Shown one piece after another: positions 1 through 13,800 of a stretch of DNA of 64,000 nucleotides. Below the pieces are notes generated by a model. It was not told where the DNA came from. It worked only from the letters and a program-made list of their open reading frames with translations, and made no database searches. A program made the translations under genes and the position numbers. Where the stretch lies: positions 4,216,001-4,280,000 of the forward strand of contig NC_092674.1 of assembly GCF_964355755.1 (NCBI RefSeq), in the 5' to 3' direction. The stretch is from Antedon mediterranea (Eukaryota; Animalia; Echinodermata). How positions within the stretch are numbered: position 1 is the stretch's first letter; each line of letters begins with the position of its first letter.

Positions 1-237
1 AAACATAGCTTGGGTGATCAGACTTTCAGTTGGCCCTTGAACAATCTTTTAGACTTTAGACACTCATCATCATGAGTCACTTTAAAAACTCACTTGTTCT
101 GATTCTGTATTAGCAATGATCTCTGGAATGGCGCTATGAAAATGGAATTGATTGAGAGTTGGTAGTAAAAAACATACTTTTTTTAGGCCCTACCATTATC
201 ATAATCCTGGTATTGTTAGACACAACACTCATACTCA

Positions 238-416
238 AGCTTGGTTCCCACTAGAACGTAACGCCAGGACGTAAACGCAACGCAAGCGTTTTAACCAATG
301 ACAAGCGAAGTTATAGACAGTTAGCAATCACAAGCGAATAAGCCATCGCTTGTGATTGGTCAATTCACTTGCGTTGTGTTACGTCCTTGTGTTGCGTCGC
401 TAGTGGGAACCACGCT
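238..416. mobile_element. MITE family A (TIR agc(t/g)tggttcccactag), complete copy
   Basis: Terminal inverted repeats agcttggttcccactag...ctagtgggaaccacgct with internal CCAATCACAAGCG inverted motifs. Related copies at ~746-1086, 6729-6980, 10648-10805, 11549-11835, 30853-31060, 33056-33193, 34010-34148, 39388-39525, 43288-43540, 56830-56941. Confidence 0.85.
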
Positions 417-456
417 TAACTAAAATACACGTAATTGTCGTATAAATTCTTTACAG

Positions 457-3375
457 GCACTCTTTGAACAGACAACTGAACGACACTCTATGGATCAGGA
501 GGTTAGAGGTTACATTGTTTCTTTAAACAGTATTATTGTCGATATTCAGATACAGTTAGAGTTTTTTAATTTTTAAATGACATTAAACAGTGAGCATAGC
601 TATACATATTTAATATCGACTTCTCTTTCCATCATCAGGACCCTATTACATCATCCACAAACGAAGTTACTTTATCTACGTTATCTAATCTGTTGGCCAT
701 CTCAGATACCAGTTCACCCTCTGCTCGGTAAGGTTATTGTTAAAACTTAGTTCTCACTTGGATGAAACGCGATGGCGTAGACGCAACGCAATGACGTAGA
801 CGCAACGCGATGACGTAGACGCAACGCGATGACGTAGACGCAACGCGATGACATAGACGCTAACGCGTGGTTCCTTAAAACGCAACGCAGCGACGTATTG
901 ACGCAAAGTTCTGTATTGCGTAATCACAAGTGGAACTGACGACGCAGCAGTGCTGCAAACATCGCAGGCTTGATTTCACGCAGGCGGAGCAAACAAAAAG
1001 CGCATTTTCTTTACGTTGCGTAGGCTGCATTACGGAAACCATGCTTAACGCAAGTTTGTGTTGCGTCCATGGTGGGAACCAAGCCTTAAACATGTTGCTT
1101 TACGGTTATTTTCGTTTGAGGTTCTTTCAACTTGATTTTAAATGTTATCCTACAACTATCCAGACGCCTGGAAACTCATATTATTTAAACCATGGTAGGC
1201 CTAGCCTACAGCTTATTGCCACAGAGTTGTGATAGCAAGAAGGTCTAATTGAATTGTTATTCATTTTATAGAACATATTTAACATTGTTGAAGAACGAAG
1301 AAATGGTGTTTACAGATAATGTCACGAACGAATTATTACCTTCAGATTATACCACTGCAATGGTGTAAGTATAGATTTTGTTGTAAATTGTCTATTTGGC
1401 AAAACTACACATTTACGTAAAAGATACTGTAGAAGTTTAGTAGGCCCAATGTATATAATTATTTTGTGTTTTAAAAAATAATTTAGCGATGAAGATACAA
1501 TGCGGACCAGCTTACAACGATGGTACAATGTGCAATGCACTGTGACTGACGACGAGAGAGCAAGGATCATTGTCCGTACAAGCCACGAGGGCGAGGATGC
1601 ACTTCGCGCCTTTAACAATCGTGCGTTTAAATCCAAATGTCCATTTTCCGTCATTGTTGTCGATGATTGTGGTTCATATAGACAGGTGCCATCGAGGGAG
1701 TTGTTCACTCTTGCCATTCCTCAAATCAGAAACCGGTTCTTTTGCGGAAAACAAGGTTTTCATTTTTAACATCTATGTCTTTATTCATGTCTTTATTCAT
1801 TCGTCATTGTCATCAGTTGAAATACATTTAACTAAATAAGCACTAAATAGGCCTAAATATTTCACTAAAATAAGCCTAAATATTTCACTAAAATAAGCCT
1901 GAAATATTTTTATTAAAATAAGCCTGAAAGCCTCAATATTCCTAATAGCTAAGTGATACTAAATAGATCTGATGTCATTCAATTAGACCTAATACATTTC
2001 ACTAAAATAGACATGTGCAATGTCACAAGTTTCAACATTTGTTGTTTCGTTTTAGAGAGAATGGTGCCAATAAACAAAACATCTCCTGTCGTTGACGGAA
2101 CATTTTATGCCGTGGGACAACTCCTGGCAGCAGCAGTACTACACGGCAATCATTCACTTTCATTTTTAAATCCAATCGTTACTGAAATTTTAATAAACCA
2201 AGAAAACCCAAAGTTATGTATATCATGGATTCCTTGTGATTCTGTGAAGACTACAGTCCAAAAGGTAAGGTTAAAATTCGAAGTTTACATTAGTATAATT
2301 AAAATTACACCCGATTCCTATATCTTCATATACTATCTATTTCCGAAGTATATATATAAAGAAATATTTTGTACTACAGCAACTCATTTATATCACATGT
2401 GGTGCCTGTATCATGTAAGGTTAGGTTAAAGGTTAGGTTACTACTAGATACTTGTGAGACACACTTGTTGTATTACCAAATATTCCTATGATACTTCGGA
2501 AATAGATGCAGTACCGAAAATCGACTAAAAATTAACCAAACGTTGTTAAATGTAACTTGTAGGCCTAAGATCACAGTATTGTTCAGGTATATGGTTTTTG
2601 ATAGCCATTCGATAAAGTTTATATACCAATTGTTTAGATTAACGATGTCACAGAAGAGGGTGAGCTACAATATCTGTCTAATAATGCCAGTTTCCATGAA
2701 CTGGTAGCTGATGTGGGCTGGAACAAATCACTCAACATCACCAATAAATTAGAATTCGTAACAACTGCATGTAATCACTATTTGATCTTCAAGCAGAAGC
2801 CACAACTTGACGCACTTGTTAAAGGGATGGACTTTTACGGAATGAAAGCGTTTGCGCAATTTTACCCAGGTAACATTATTTTACATCTATACATGTTTAA
2901 CGGTTTTCTTCGATAAATCAGCTTTTGTGGCACAATTTAATTTAATACCTAAACCCCATCGAAATATTCAGTGTTTTTAGTCGCGTGCAAAGAAACTCTA
3001 CAGCTCACTAAACACTAACTCAAATTTGAGAACGCGACTGCAGCCATGTATATGACCTTGTTTATATAGTTGAGAGAGACTATTTAAAAAAAAAATTAAT
3101 CTCAAGCATTGTTCATGAATTCTGCCTGAGAGTAATACAAAATTAATAGTTCATCGACATCTTCATCGTCATTTATTGTCATTTCCAACATTATTCAAAA
3201 TCATCATCACATTCATCGTTTTCATCATTATCATTAAGATATATGATTGTGTTAAATATCTAATTGTATGCTTTCTTCAAACTCCTACAACTTCCAGATT
3301 ATTACAAACATTATTTCATGTTTAGATTGTATACGAAACATAATAGGATTTCAATCAGACACACACGTACCTTGA
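457..3375 (+). CDS. Partial (5' end unresolved or outside window) multi-exon gene encoding a degenerate G2E3-like HECT-domain N-lobe; C-lobe apparently absent
   Basis: Phase-consistent GT-AG exons 457-501, 639-727, 1272-1364, 1487-1755, 2056-2264, 2638-2869, 3326-3375 (TGA). Translation includes IIVRTSHEGEDALRAF..., VPSRELFTL, FYAVGQLLAAAVLHGNHSLSFL, KQKPQLDALVKGMDFYG, which resemble HECT N-lobe motifs (VRR..EDA, GPxREFF, G.MIA.SLVHGG, QF..GL...G). Family call is from motif recall. Confidence 0.6.
768..870. repeat. 21-bp tandem repeat (gcgatgacgtagacgcaacgc-like) inside a family A MITE-derived region
   Basis: About 4-5 consecutive copies visible directly. Confidence 0.8.
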
Positions 3376-5747
3376 GGTTCCATCAGTACACTGTACCCTG
3401 AAGTAACCTGTGAGAGAAACCCACCACCTACTCAAAGTAGGCTTACCCTGAAGTAACCTATCTTCAATGAGAGCAAACCAATGCTAAAAACCGGTCTTTT
3501 AGTATTCTGCTGAATATATTCTTAGAAGGAGCCAGTTTGCGCTTGTATTTTTCAGATTGAGTGACACACGCCTACATTGAATTAATGTATTTGATAGCAT
3601 AATTAAAATATTTGTACGATAATATATATGTATAGCTACCATCAGGACGGTATGTAAAATATATATACACTCCATGTTCAAAGGCAATACAAAACAACTG
3701 TAGAATATCTTTGATTTAGAAATTACTTATCATTGTGTTTATTTTGTAATGTACAGCGCTTATTAATAAAATATGAAAGAAACTTACGATGTACAGTTTT
3801 TATTTATATTTAATGACTTGAAACAAACTTTCGAAATATTCCGAGAACGTTTACGGTTTTCGATATTTCGTGGTATATTATACCACAGAGGAAATTATAT
3901 AAATTATGTATATACAGTATTACACGGTTCCACGTGAGGATTACTTGTCCTTAAAGCTAATTTTTGCAAGGTAATTATTTTTGTGATATCGGATGTAAAA
4001 TTATTCATTTTAATTCATTTGAGTGAGTACTGTATTAATTAAAGAATTGTTACATTAAACGGTTATAGTTCAATGTACTGTATTATTATGGTAAATGTAT
4101 TTATTTGCGATTGTTGTATTCTTAATATGGATTGTCGTTTTATTATATTATGCCTTATAAATATTAATATCATTATATCCTTCTGTATATCTTGTATGCT
4201 ATACATACTTAAGTGCATCGAATGATTACAGTATTGTAATTTATTTCCAATCCCAAAAAAACGGAAAGAATGTGCCACTTACTAATAATTTTATTTATTT
4301 TATTTATTTATTTATTTAACAACATATTTATACAGGATTATGCACAATCAAGTAGAAATATACCTGTTTTGCATAAGTTTTATATTATTATACGTATACA
4401 ATAGATACGTTTGTTACATTATATAGCGAATGTATGCTAATTTATCAACATGCAAAACCATCGGAAGAAATGGGTGACGTCAGCGATTAACTTTTTTTTT
4501 TTATCATATTATAGTTTATTATGTTAGCGCGTGTAAACTAAATCACCAGAAGTAAATCGAATGAAATTCGACACTGTGGTTAAATTTAATTAATTATAAT
4601 AGTGCTATATTGTATGAATATTAATAATATCCTTATACCATTTTTTGATTGAATTGAAACGGGATTTAATAGATCAGCATATTCATCAGTGACGGGGTTT
4701 ATAGAGATCAACATCGTCATTAGTTTCGCTTCTCGTCTACTTTCTACTATTTTTTTTTAAATTTTCCTGTTGTTTCATTGGCAGGATGAGTTGTTTTTTG
4801 TCTGTTATGTTTTCTATTTCCTTTTTACCTTTAGGCTTACCGTACCTATCTATGCAAATGTTGGTCATCACTCTCGGCAGTCTTACTTGATTTTTAATTC
4901 ATTTAGTGCAATTTGACATGAGCCTCTTTGTGTGGTTTTAACATGGAAATCTCTCCTCCATTCTTGACGAAATCATGTTTTCACAGTACGACAAAATAGT
5001 GTACAACAATTGTGTCCATGAATAAAAAAATAATTACTGAATTCTGAAAAGCTTTATTTGTCCATTATCATAATAAAATAACAATAGAAATTCTTCAAAA
5101 CAAATGGTATTCTAGAAAACACGCTCCAAATCAGTTATCAAGATATTTGCGTTTCATAAAACCAAACGTTTTCTACTAGTCTAAAATAGTCGTTTGTGTA
5201 TACATTTACCGCGAATATATTCCTGAAATTCATTTTTATATTCATATATGCGTAGTTGAATAGGCCCAAATGCCATTTACACTAACTAATTCGGTAACGG
5301 TAAGCGAAAAGCAATAGAATCTATGTTATTTCCTATGAGCATTACGCGGAGCAGACGGGAGGTTGAGCGGAAATGCACAGGATAGATACAGATTTTTCCA
5401 GGGGAAAGCTACGTAATTTCCCATACCGTTACCGCTCGTTCATGTATAAATTTAAAGCGAATATATTCCTGAAATTCAGTTGTATATTCATATATGCGTA
5501 GTTGGCAGGTTAATACTCGTATTGTGATTAGCAATGATACTTCAACGGAATTCCGAAATAGACATACACGAGCCATGAGCGAATAATTTATGAAAATCAG
5601 TATTAGGCCACTCCTCTTCACTTCTGGTGATACAATCCATTAGTACATATTGCGTACGAAAGTTCTAGGCAGATTTGTCGAACATGAGGATGGTGTGTTG
5701 TTAGGATTAGTTGTGTCTCGTAGGCCGATGAAACTGACGAAAATACT

Positions 5748-6689
5748 ATGATGACTTGCCTATTCAAGGGCATCTTTAGGACCTATCTTCATTACATTCG
5801 TGTTTTGGAAACTAACAACAATGCAACGATACCCGAATGGCTCGAAACCACAGACCAATTCGATCGTATCCTTGCGTCTATCATATTCCTGATTTCTTTA
5901 GAAGTTGTAGTATCAAATATACTGGTACTGCGCACGCTCATCAGAAGTTCTCGCGTGCGCACGAAGAGGAACATCGTACTGTGCAGTTTAATACTATCGT
6001 ACATTTCAAACGCAATCGTTTGGTGGGTCCTTCTATTCGTAAATTCATCAATCATAACAATTCGACTAAATTATTGTCTGGTTGCGATATCGTTTCTGCA
6101 TATACCGACGATCGCTATAGATCGCTACATTGCTATTGTAAAATCACCGGCTAAATATCCTTTCCTGATGACGAGAAATAAGTACATTATTCTCTGTGCA
6201 TTTTTATGGATCAGCGTCATGCTTATGTTTCTTTTATTTTCTATTATTGAACCTTTTCGATTTTACGGAGAACATCTAGCGGCTCAAGTGCTGTATCTGT
6301 ATACGTTTATATGTGTTGCGTTTGTGTATAAACGTATATACAGTTTGCTAGCGACAAGAGAACGAAAACTGAACGATAAGAGAGTGGTGCATTCGATTAG
6401 TCGGACCCGAAGTCGCCTGGGATTGTTCGCAGCAATATTTACGGTTATGTTTATATGTCACACGCCAATGACGATTTTATGCATCATTGCAACAATTGGC
6501 GGCATTGAAATCTGTTATAATCCGTGGTTTTACTGTTTTTTTGTAGTCGGTTGGTTGTTTCTGGCCTTTGCACCGGCCATCAACCCGTTTGTCTACGTTT
6601 GGCGTTTGCCCGGATTCCAAGCAGCGTTTACAAACAGTATTAAATTAAAACGATACAAACCAGCAATTGATAAAGACACGGTATCGTAA
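5748..6689 (+). CDS. Intronless class A (rhodopsin-like) G-protein-coupled receptor, 313 aa
   Basis: Single ORF with about seven hydrophobic segments, SN in TM1, IAIDRYIAI (DRY) after TM3, W in TM4 (AFLWIS), FICHTP (CWxP-like) in TM6, INPFVY (NPxxY) in TM7. Confidence 0.9.
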   Translation: MMTCLFKGIFRTYLHYIRVLETNNNATIPEWLETTDQFDRILASIIFLISLEVVVSNILVLRTLIRSSRVRTKRNIVLCSLILSYISNAIVWWVLLFVNSSIITIRLNYCLVAISFLHIPTIAIDRYIAIVKSPAKYPFLMTRNKYIILCAFLWISVMLMFLLFSIIEPFRFYGEHLAAQVLYLYTFICVAFVYKRIYSLLATRERKLNDKRVVHSISRTRSRLGLFAAIFTVMFICHTPMTILCIIATIGGIEICYNPWFYCFFVVGWLFLAFAPAINPFVYVWRLPGFQAAFTNSIKLKRYKPAIDKDTVS

Positions 6690-9600
6690 ATAAATAACAA
6701 ATAATTACTATGCAGATTTTTTAGGGATTTGACCAATCACAAGCGATGAATTATTCGATGTGTCGCTTATCATTGGTCAATAAACGCTTTTATGTTGATT
6801 TAGGTTTATAAGTGAGGAACGTTTGGTTCAAGTTATATTAAATACGTGGTCCCACTAGAGACGCAACACAACGACGTAACGCAACGTAAGGGATTTGACC
6901 AATCACAATCGATTAATTTTTCGACGTGTTTTCAACTCGCTTGCTGTTGCGTCTACGTCCTTGCGTACGAACCAAGCTTAACTTTTTATAGTAATGGTAT
7001 TAGCTGTGTCGTCAAGATATAATATATGTTATAATACAAATCTTATATATGATTTCGTGTCGGACTTTGATTGAAGTTTAGTAATTTCAATTTGGAATTA
7101 CGCCAGTCGTCGGTCTTTAATCATTAGATAGCATACGACATATTTATACGACTAGCTATACGTACTTATACATAATGAAGATGGTAAAGTATATCGATGA
7201 AAGACGAATGTTACTCCATTAACACTTTGTCAACCACCATTACGCCGAGGTGTAAGAAGAATACATATCCTATAGTATACCATGAGAATTGAACACTGTA
7301 ATTGAGATAGTCATTAACCACAGCGTAGTTTTTAGCGGCGCGATGTATTTAAGGGAAACATTCTATATAGTGGAAATCGATCGGCTGATATACGTTACAA
7401 TTAATGATATACTTATGGATGCAATACTGTGAAGGACATTGTTGTTACAAAAACGGTAGTCTAGACAGAGTTTGAATTAATATTAGTAAAAATATAAATT
7501 TTGGCACATATTGCGTTTCATAGGTATACTTATTTGATGTGTGTGGAAAATTTAATAAACAAACAAACTACTTGAGTGGGTAATACCCAAACTTGTATTC
7601 AGACAAATATAGAAAAGGCGACTTGTGGACTAAAAAGAAAATAACCATACTTGGGGCAAGTCTACAAAAAACGACGTAGCTACAAATCAGATTATCAAAA
7701 TCAAAATCAAATCAAATCTTTATTCGTTCCATACTAAATTGTACATGGAAAAATTGTTTTCCTCGACAGAAAAATATGGTAAAACATTCATAATTACATC
7801 ATACATAGAACAAATTTACAATTTAAAAACATTAATTAAAACATCCATCAACAGTAAAACTTTAAAATATATATTGTATGTGCTGCGCTATTATGATCTA
7901 ACAATCTTTGAGTTAAAAATATGAGTTGAATTTGGTACAAAAACAGTCGGTTTCTTGACGTATCAGCTCTAGGAGCCCGTAACTATATATGACCATGTAT
8001 TAATTAATCAAGTATAATATTAATGTATGAATATTCAAAGAATTATTGCTTGATATTAGCAAACAATGCGCATCCAAATTAATTCGTGAAATTGAAGCTC
8101 TATATGCAACAGACGTTTTAAATGAAACCATATTTAGGTTAATGCTTCAATTTTTTTTATTTAATTGATTAGGGGCCTATACATATTTTAATATGACTTA
8201 AAAGTCGTAAACGCGCGCCAATTAGGTTAATTCGTCTGTTTTTGTCTGAGTTTCTTAATTTGTGTACACATTATTCTGGGTATATGTACAATTATGAATA
8301 TTTTTTTTTTAATTATTTGCGTTTCAAATAAGGTTTTAGGTAGGTTAATTCTTCTGTTTTTGTGTGGGTTTTTAATTTGTGTACACATTCTAGGTATATG
8401 TACAAAATGTTCTATTTACGTTTCAAATAAACGCATTTAGGGTAATTCGTCTGTTTTGGTCTGGGTTTCTTAATTGTTTGTACAGATTTTAAGTATATGT
8501 AAGATTATGAATAATGTTCTTTTTTATGTCATTCAATGCTAGTTTGATTCGACTTATTTTGTCGTGTAAAAGATTGATTTCATCATTCACGTTTTGATCA
8601 AGTATTAAGTGAATAAATCGCTTAAAGGTAAACACGTTTCTTAAAAGACCTATGAGAATGTATGCGTGTTTCATGCTGTATGTATAATGCATTAATCAAC
8701 CTTTTTTCACTTAAAATGTGCTATAATGCGTTTGGTGTTCGTATTAATAAGAATTCATGCCTAGAATGCGTTCGTTCGTAAGAAACGATATAAGAACAAG
8801 ATACAGCTAAAGTAAATTTAATGTGAAAATGAATACTGTACATTTCATGCATACTATAGGCCCTACTGTATACAAATAAAATTGATTTTAAACCAACATT
8901 TAAAAAAAATTATTGTTTATTATGGACGCATTGAATACAGTTATACTGTCATGTTATTGTCGTAAAGTAGACCAATGAATACAAGAATATAATAGTACTG
9001 TTTAGCTCGTCAGTAATTTGGCTTTATTAACGCCAGATGCGAGGCGTAACAGCTGGATAACGCTAATCCGGGACCTTGTTCAGACACAAAAATGTACACC
9101 GTGTACATAACGCTATATTAACGCCGTGGGTCTGAACAGGACCAGTGATAATGATGATCAATTCACAATGACAAATTGGTTGAAACATTACGTTACGTTT
9201 TAGTATGTTGCCCACGGAGTATGACGCGCCAAGCTGTCATTATTCAAGCAATAGAGATATCAGATTTTTAAATAGTGGTATCTTAGTTTTAAAATAGAGA
9301 TATCTCCATTAATATAGATATTTTTGTGTTTAAAACTAAGATATTTTTATTTCCGAATAAATGAGAGCTTGCCATAACGGATCGAGGTGGGGCCAATCTG
9401 AAAACGTGTCGTATACGGTATTCCGGCAAACTATACAAGAAGTAATTGATTTGATAGATTTGTTTTGCCCGTTTGCTTGCATCTTTTGTATTTCCATCGA
9501 TCTGCAGAGATAGGCCTACAATATATTATAATATTCCTATTGGCAAAGAAGCGCCACAAAAGCCTCGAGTATTATTCAATATCAATTAGGCCTAACATGA

Positions 9601-10298
9601 AAATTGTTGTTCAGCGCCACAGCCTTGGAACCTCAGTCGAATAGTCACATTTTATTAATACTGTATCGCATAATTGTAATGCACTAATCAAATTGCAATA
9701 CAGAAAAATGCTAAAGAAAGCATTATGTTAATTGGTCTTCCGTTGTTGTAGTGTAAGACGCGTAACACAGACTTAATAATATCGTTATGGTCTGATTACG
9801 CCTAGCTGTATCAATTCCCGTATTATTGTATCGTATTCCAGAATTTGTGGGTATCATGGGATAAGAAGATATAGATAGAAATATATGTAACAACATTATA
9901 ATATTTATATACGAATGAAAATCCATATTACGTGCTGGTAATAACTAGAGATGGTTTAATTTAAACAAGTATATAGGACAGGAAATTCTTCTGATGAGGA
10001 CATGTGTTGCATCTATATACGTAAAACGCTATTAATCATCTAAGACACTGTGAGTGAGTAGGTTTAGTTTTACGAATATCAAGCATTTCAATAATGGTAA
10101 CCGACAGAAAATGTCCAGAATGTCTTTCTAAAACCTAAGTTTACCCGAGTCATTATCATTCCGATAACCCTCGTCTACACTTCCTAGAGGTGGGGGGGGG
10201 GGGGGGGGGGTATAAAATAACTCCATGTTAATTCAACCACCTATATGCTATTTATATAGACATCACAAATGAATATTTTATTTAATTGTGATTGGCAT

Positions 10299-10511
10299 CT
10301 GTTAGAAGAAGCGTTAAGAGCGTCGGCTAGGCTACAATTTACGATTATGTTGATATATATATATATAAACTTTATTTAGACACGAGACTGATGTGCAGTA
10401 CAACTCGTTCAATCAATATTGATTGTTTTTACACAAGTTCGTGATACTGTATTACTGTTAGAAGAAGCGTTAAGAGCGTCGGCTAGGCTACAATTTACGA
10501 TTATGTTGATA
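10299..10511. repeat. 57-bp direct duplication (10299-10355, 10455-10511) flanking a 99-bp insert
   Basis: ctgttagaagaagcgttaagagcgtcggctaggctacaatttacgattatgttgata occurs twice; the insert begins with (TA)n and tttatt (AATAAA on minus). Confidence 0.85.
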
Positions 10512-11548
10512 GAGGCGTAATGGGGACGATCATCATTGACAGAGGAGAACATGGTGTTGAAGATAATGGTGGAATAGAAGATGATAGAAGATGGTGAGAT
10601 TCATATGGCGATAATTGACATAATGCGAGCAGTGGCGTTGAGAATAAGCTTTATTTCCAATCAGATGTAACGCAAGGACGTAAACGCAACGCAAGCGTGT
10701 TGACCAATGACAAGCGACCGTTCGAATAATCCATCGCTTGTGATTGGTGAACTCACTTACGTTGCATTACGTCCTTGTGTTGCGTCTCTAGAGGAAACCA
10801 ATCATTTAGCAGTACAATGGCACGGATGATGAGGAGGATGAAAATACAATAGAGATGACGTCATGGTTGTTTGTGGTAATTTTGATGACGAAGTGTAAAA
10901 TCGAACTCTTCCCTATAACAGACTACTATCTATATCACCATTATTAATAATGCAAAAACTTGTTGAAAGACAAGTTTACTAATCAAACTCCATACCTGGT
11001 GATCAGATTAGACTACCAGATAACGAAGTGAATTAAATCTATGTAGGCCTATGATTTATCGAGGCCGAGGGACCACTATTAATATCGAACACAATCTTTC
11101 TCTTCAATCGTCAATAACTAAAGGCCGACTAATATTACGATTTAATCAGACTCTAGTCTCAACAAACCCACTCTGCTTTGATTACTGTTTTCCCCATGAT
11201 TGATCAGCCCTGTATTTCCCATAGATTAATTATTTGCACACAAAACAGGAGTAAAGAAATAATTCAGCCTGTGATCACGATTTTCGCCTATCGTTGAACA
11301 ATCTATATTTGGTATAAACCTGCGCTATTTTTGTTTGCTTACTTAATTTACGCATTGATTAGGCCTCTTGGGACGTCTATTGTGTGTCAAGTACCTTCCG
11401 TACTAATTAGGCCTGCATTATGTTCGGTTCTAAAATTGGTCAAAAGGCTTTTAAAACCCGCGTGTCACACAAACGTATAGTAGGCCTGTCTTTATTTTAC
11501 TTCCTGGCTTCCATATTGCTGGGATACGATCGCCGCCAACTTTGTTTA

Positions 11549-11835
11549 AGCTTTGGTTCCCACTAGGACGCAACGCAAGGACGTAATAGCAACGATGAAG
11601 CGTGGTTCCCACTAGCGACGCAACACAAGGACGTACGTAAAACGCAACGCAAGTGAATTGACCAATCACAAGTGATGGCTTATTCGCTTGTGATTGCTAA
11701 CTGTCTATAACTTCGCTTGTCATTGGTCAACACGCTTGCGTTGCGTTTACGTCCTTGCATTACGTTCTAGTGGGAACCAAGCTTAAGTGATTTGACCAAT
11801 GACAAACAAAAACGATGGATTATCCGTCGCTTGTT
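11549..11835. mobile_element. Family A MITE nested inside another family A MITE
   Basis: Outer left TIR at 11549, complete inner copy ~11599-11784 (agcgtggttccc...gggaaccaagct), outer sequence resumes after it. Confidence 0.7.
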
Positions 11836-13394
11836 ATCAAAGGGGGATATTGTGGGTTCGTCGATATATAGTATACGCAAACAACAATACAATAGTGCCC
11901 AAATGTACTACTAGGCCTACAGGACATCATTAAACATTAGTGAGGATGCGTTTGCCAATTCATAGACCTGTGTTTGGTTATCGGCACTCTGTTGATTTAG
12001 GGCTTAGGCCCATATTATGTGATTACACGGTAACTCTGATTGTTGTGGTTAATCATCTTTTAATTCCATCTTGGAAATCCAATTTAAAAACTGTCAGTGA
12101 AATTGATTAGTATGGCAAATGCACATCATAATATTACAAAATACTTGAATTGTTTGATTGTATTTTGTTAATTAACAATAAATTATGTGAGGGTATTACA
12201 GTAAACTATATTGAAATTGACGCGTTACAGCTATGATAAACGAAAATGCGTTTACTTTGAAAATATTTAACCAGTCATATAAAACTGGAATTACTTGCAA
12301 AGTGCGTTGACTATCAACCAAAACGCGTTTAGTCCTACTTTGATGTGGAACTGTCATAGCTTTAAGCCTTCTTTAACTGCATAGTCTAAAGCTCTGTCTA
12401 CACTATCTTCCTTTGTGACAACACAATGTCATGTGCCCATATATGGTGGTGATATGCTCAAATATGGTAGTGATATGACATCATCATGTGTTCTATGTAA
12501 GCAATGCGAACGCTTTTTGAGTTACTTTCGCATACTAGCGTCTGCACAATCATGATGGAAACGCGAGAAAAATACAATACACCTTATAACAAAAACTTTT
12601 AGTTTATAGCGTCAATGCCATTATTGCTAAATATCGAAAGAGAGCCTCACGTCTTTTATTATAAATTCCTAATTACATAATGTATATGACTTTGAATTAC
12701 AATTCACAATAAGCTAATATAATCTGTTATTTTCCTATTATTATCATCAGTATCGATTCACGTATAGTGTACTAATAAGATCGAAAATTAATATCCGTGC
12801 TCCTAAGAATGTATATGTTCATTCCACCATGGAGATATAAACAAGAAATATTTCTTACAAAAAACGCCGCGTAACTTTTTGACTGGACAGTTGTAAGAAC
12901 AGTCTTCATTAATCTAATATAATAGGTCGGCCAATCAAAACGCAAGTGAACAATTGGGACTTTACTTGTGATTTATGTCATTGGCCTGTCAGCACAGTCG
13001 TTTCTTTCTAGAATTAAACGCACAAACTTGTATTGGGAATAATGTATGTTTATGTGGTTATTACTATCGCATTTAGGTATTGATAATAATAATAATATGG
13101 CTTTTGAATATATAATTACTGTCTGTAGAATAACATTTATACATTTTCGGTTCGCGATGAAAAGTTATATGAATGGATTTGTAATATAGGTATTTATAAT
13201 AATAGTATATGGGTTGTATTATTGCTAAGCTATCACCAAATCGCGTTATAACATTATTTCTCAGGGTTTTTTGCACCATTGATCAATACCAAACGCGTAT
13301 CTGTATTATAGTTTTTAATGAATCATTACATTACTAAAAATACCCAATTAAATCAATCGCGTCAGTCCAATTCCGACTTATGTTTCGATCAGAT

Positions 13395-13548
13395 AGTTCT
13401 GTGTCTACACTGTCCCAACTAGTTTAACAAAAAAAGTGTGATGTGCCCAAATAGGGTAGTGATATGCCCGAATATCGTAGTGATATGACATCGTCATGTC
13501 TATATAATATGGACACATCATATTTAGCTTGATAGTATAGACAGAGCT
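13395..13548. mobile_element. MITE family B (TIR agctctgtctacactatcaaact; internal tcactaccatattt repeats)
   Basis: Shared TIR and internal repeats. Other copies at ~12389-12490, 18470-18607, 19585-19725, 25611-25700, 29311-29441, 30340-30498, 32630-32742, 35889-36015, 37505-38240, 38512-38655, 40615-40686, 45965-46050, 59337-59480. Confidence 0.8.
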
Positions 13549-13574
13549 TAAGGATTATATTTAAAAAATGTTTT

Positions 13575-13800
13575 CTTACATTTTGAAAAAAAAGTATTTA
13601 TTTGTTTATAAGCCCAATTTTCCAGTCTTAATTTTACATTTTGAAAAAAAAGTATTTTATTTGTTGATAAGCCCAATTGTGCAGTCTTATTTTACATTTT
13701 GAACGAAAGTATTTATTTGTTGATAAGCCCAATTTTTCAGTCTTATTTTACATTTTAAACGAAAGTATTTATTTGTTGATAAGCCGAATTTTCCAGTTTA
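13575..13800. repeat. ~58-bp tandem repeat, about 4 copies (ttacattttga...gtatttatttgttgataagcccaattttccagtctt)
   Basis: Repeated units visible directly; further partial copies near 13970, 14340 and 14565. Confidence 0.75.

Noticed and set aside
875-1232. Overlapping short ORFs on both strands
   Set aside because: They lie in family A MITE sequence within an intron; the neighbouring exons splice in frame without them.
9991-10030. CTGATGA motif as another hammerhead
   Set aside because: No stem II followed by GAAA.
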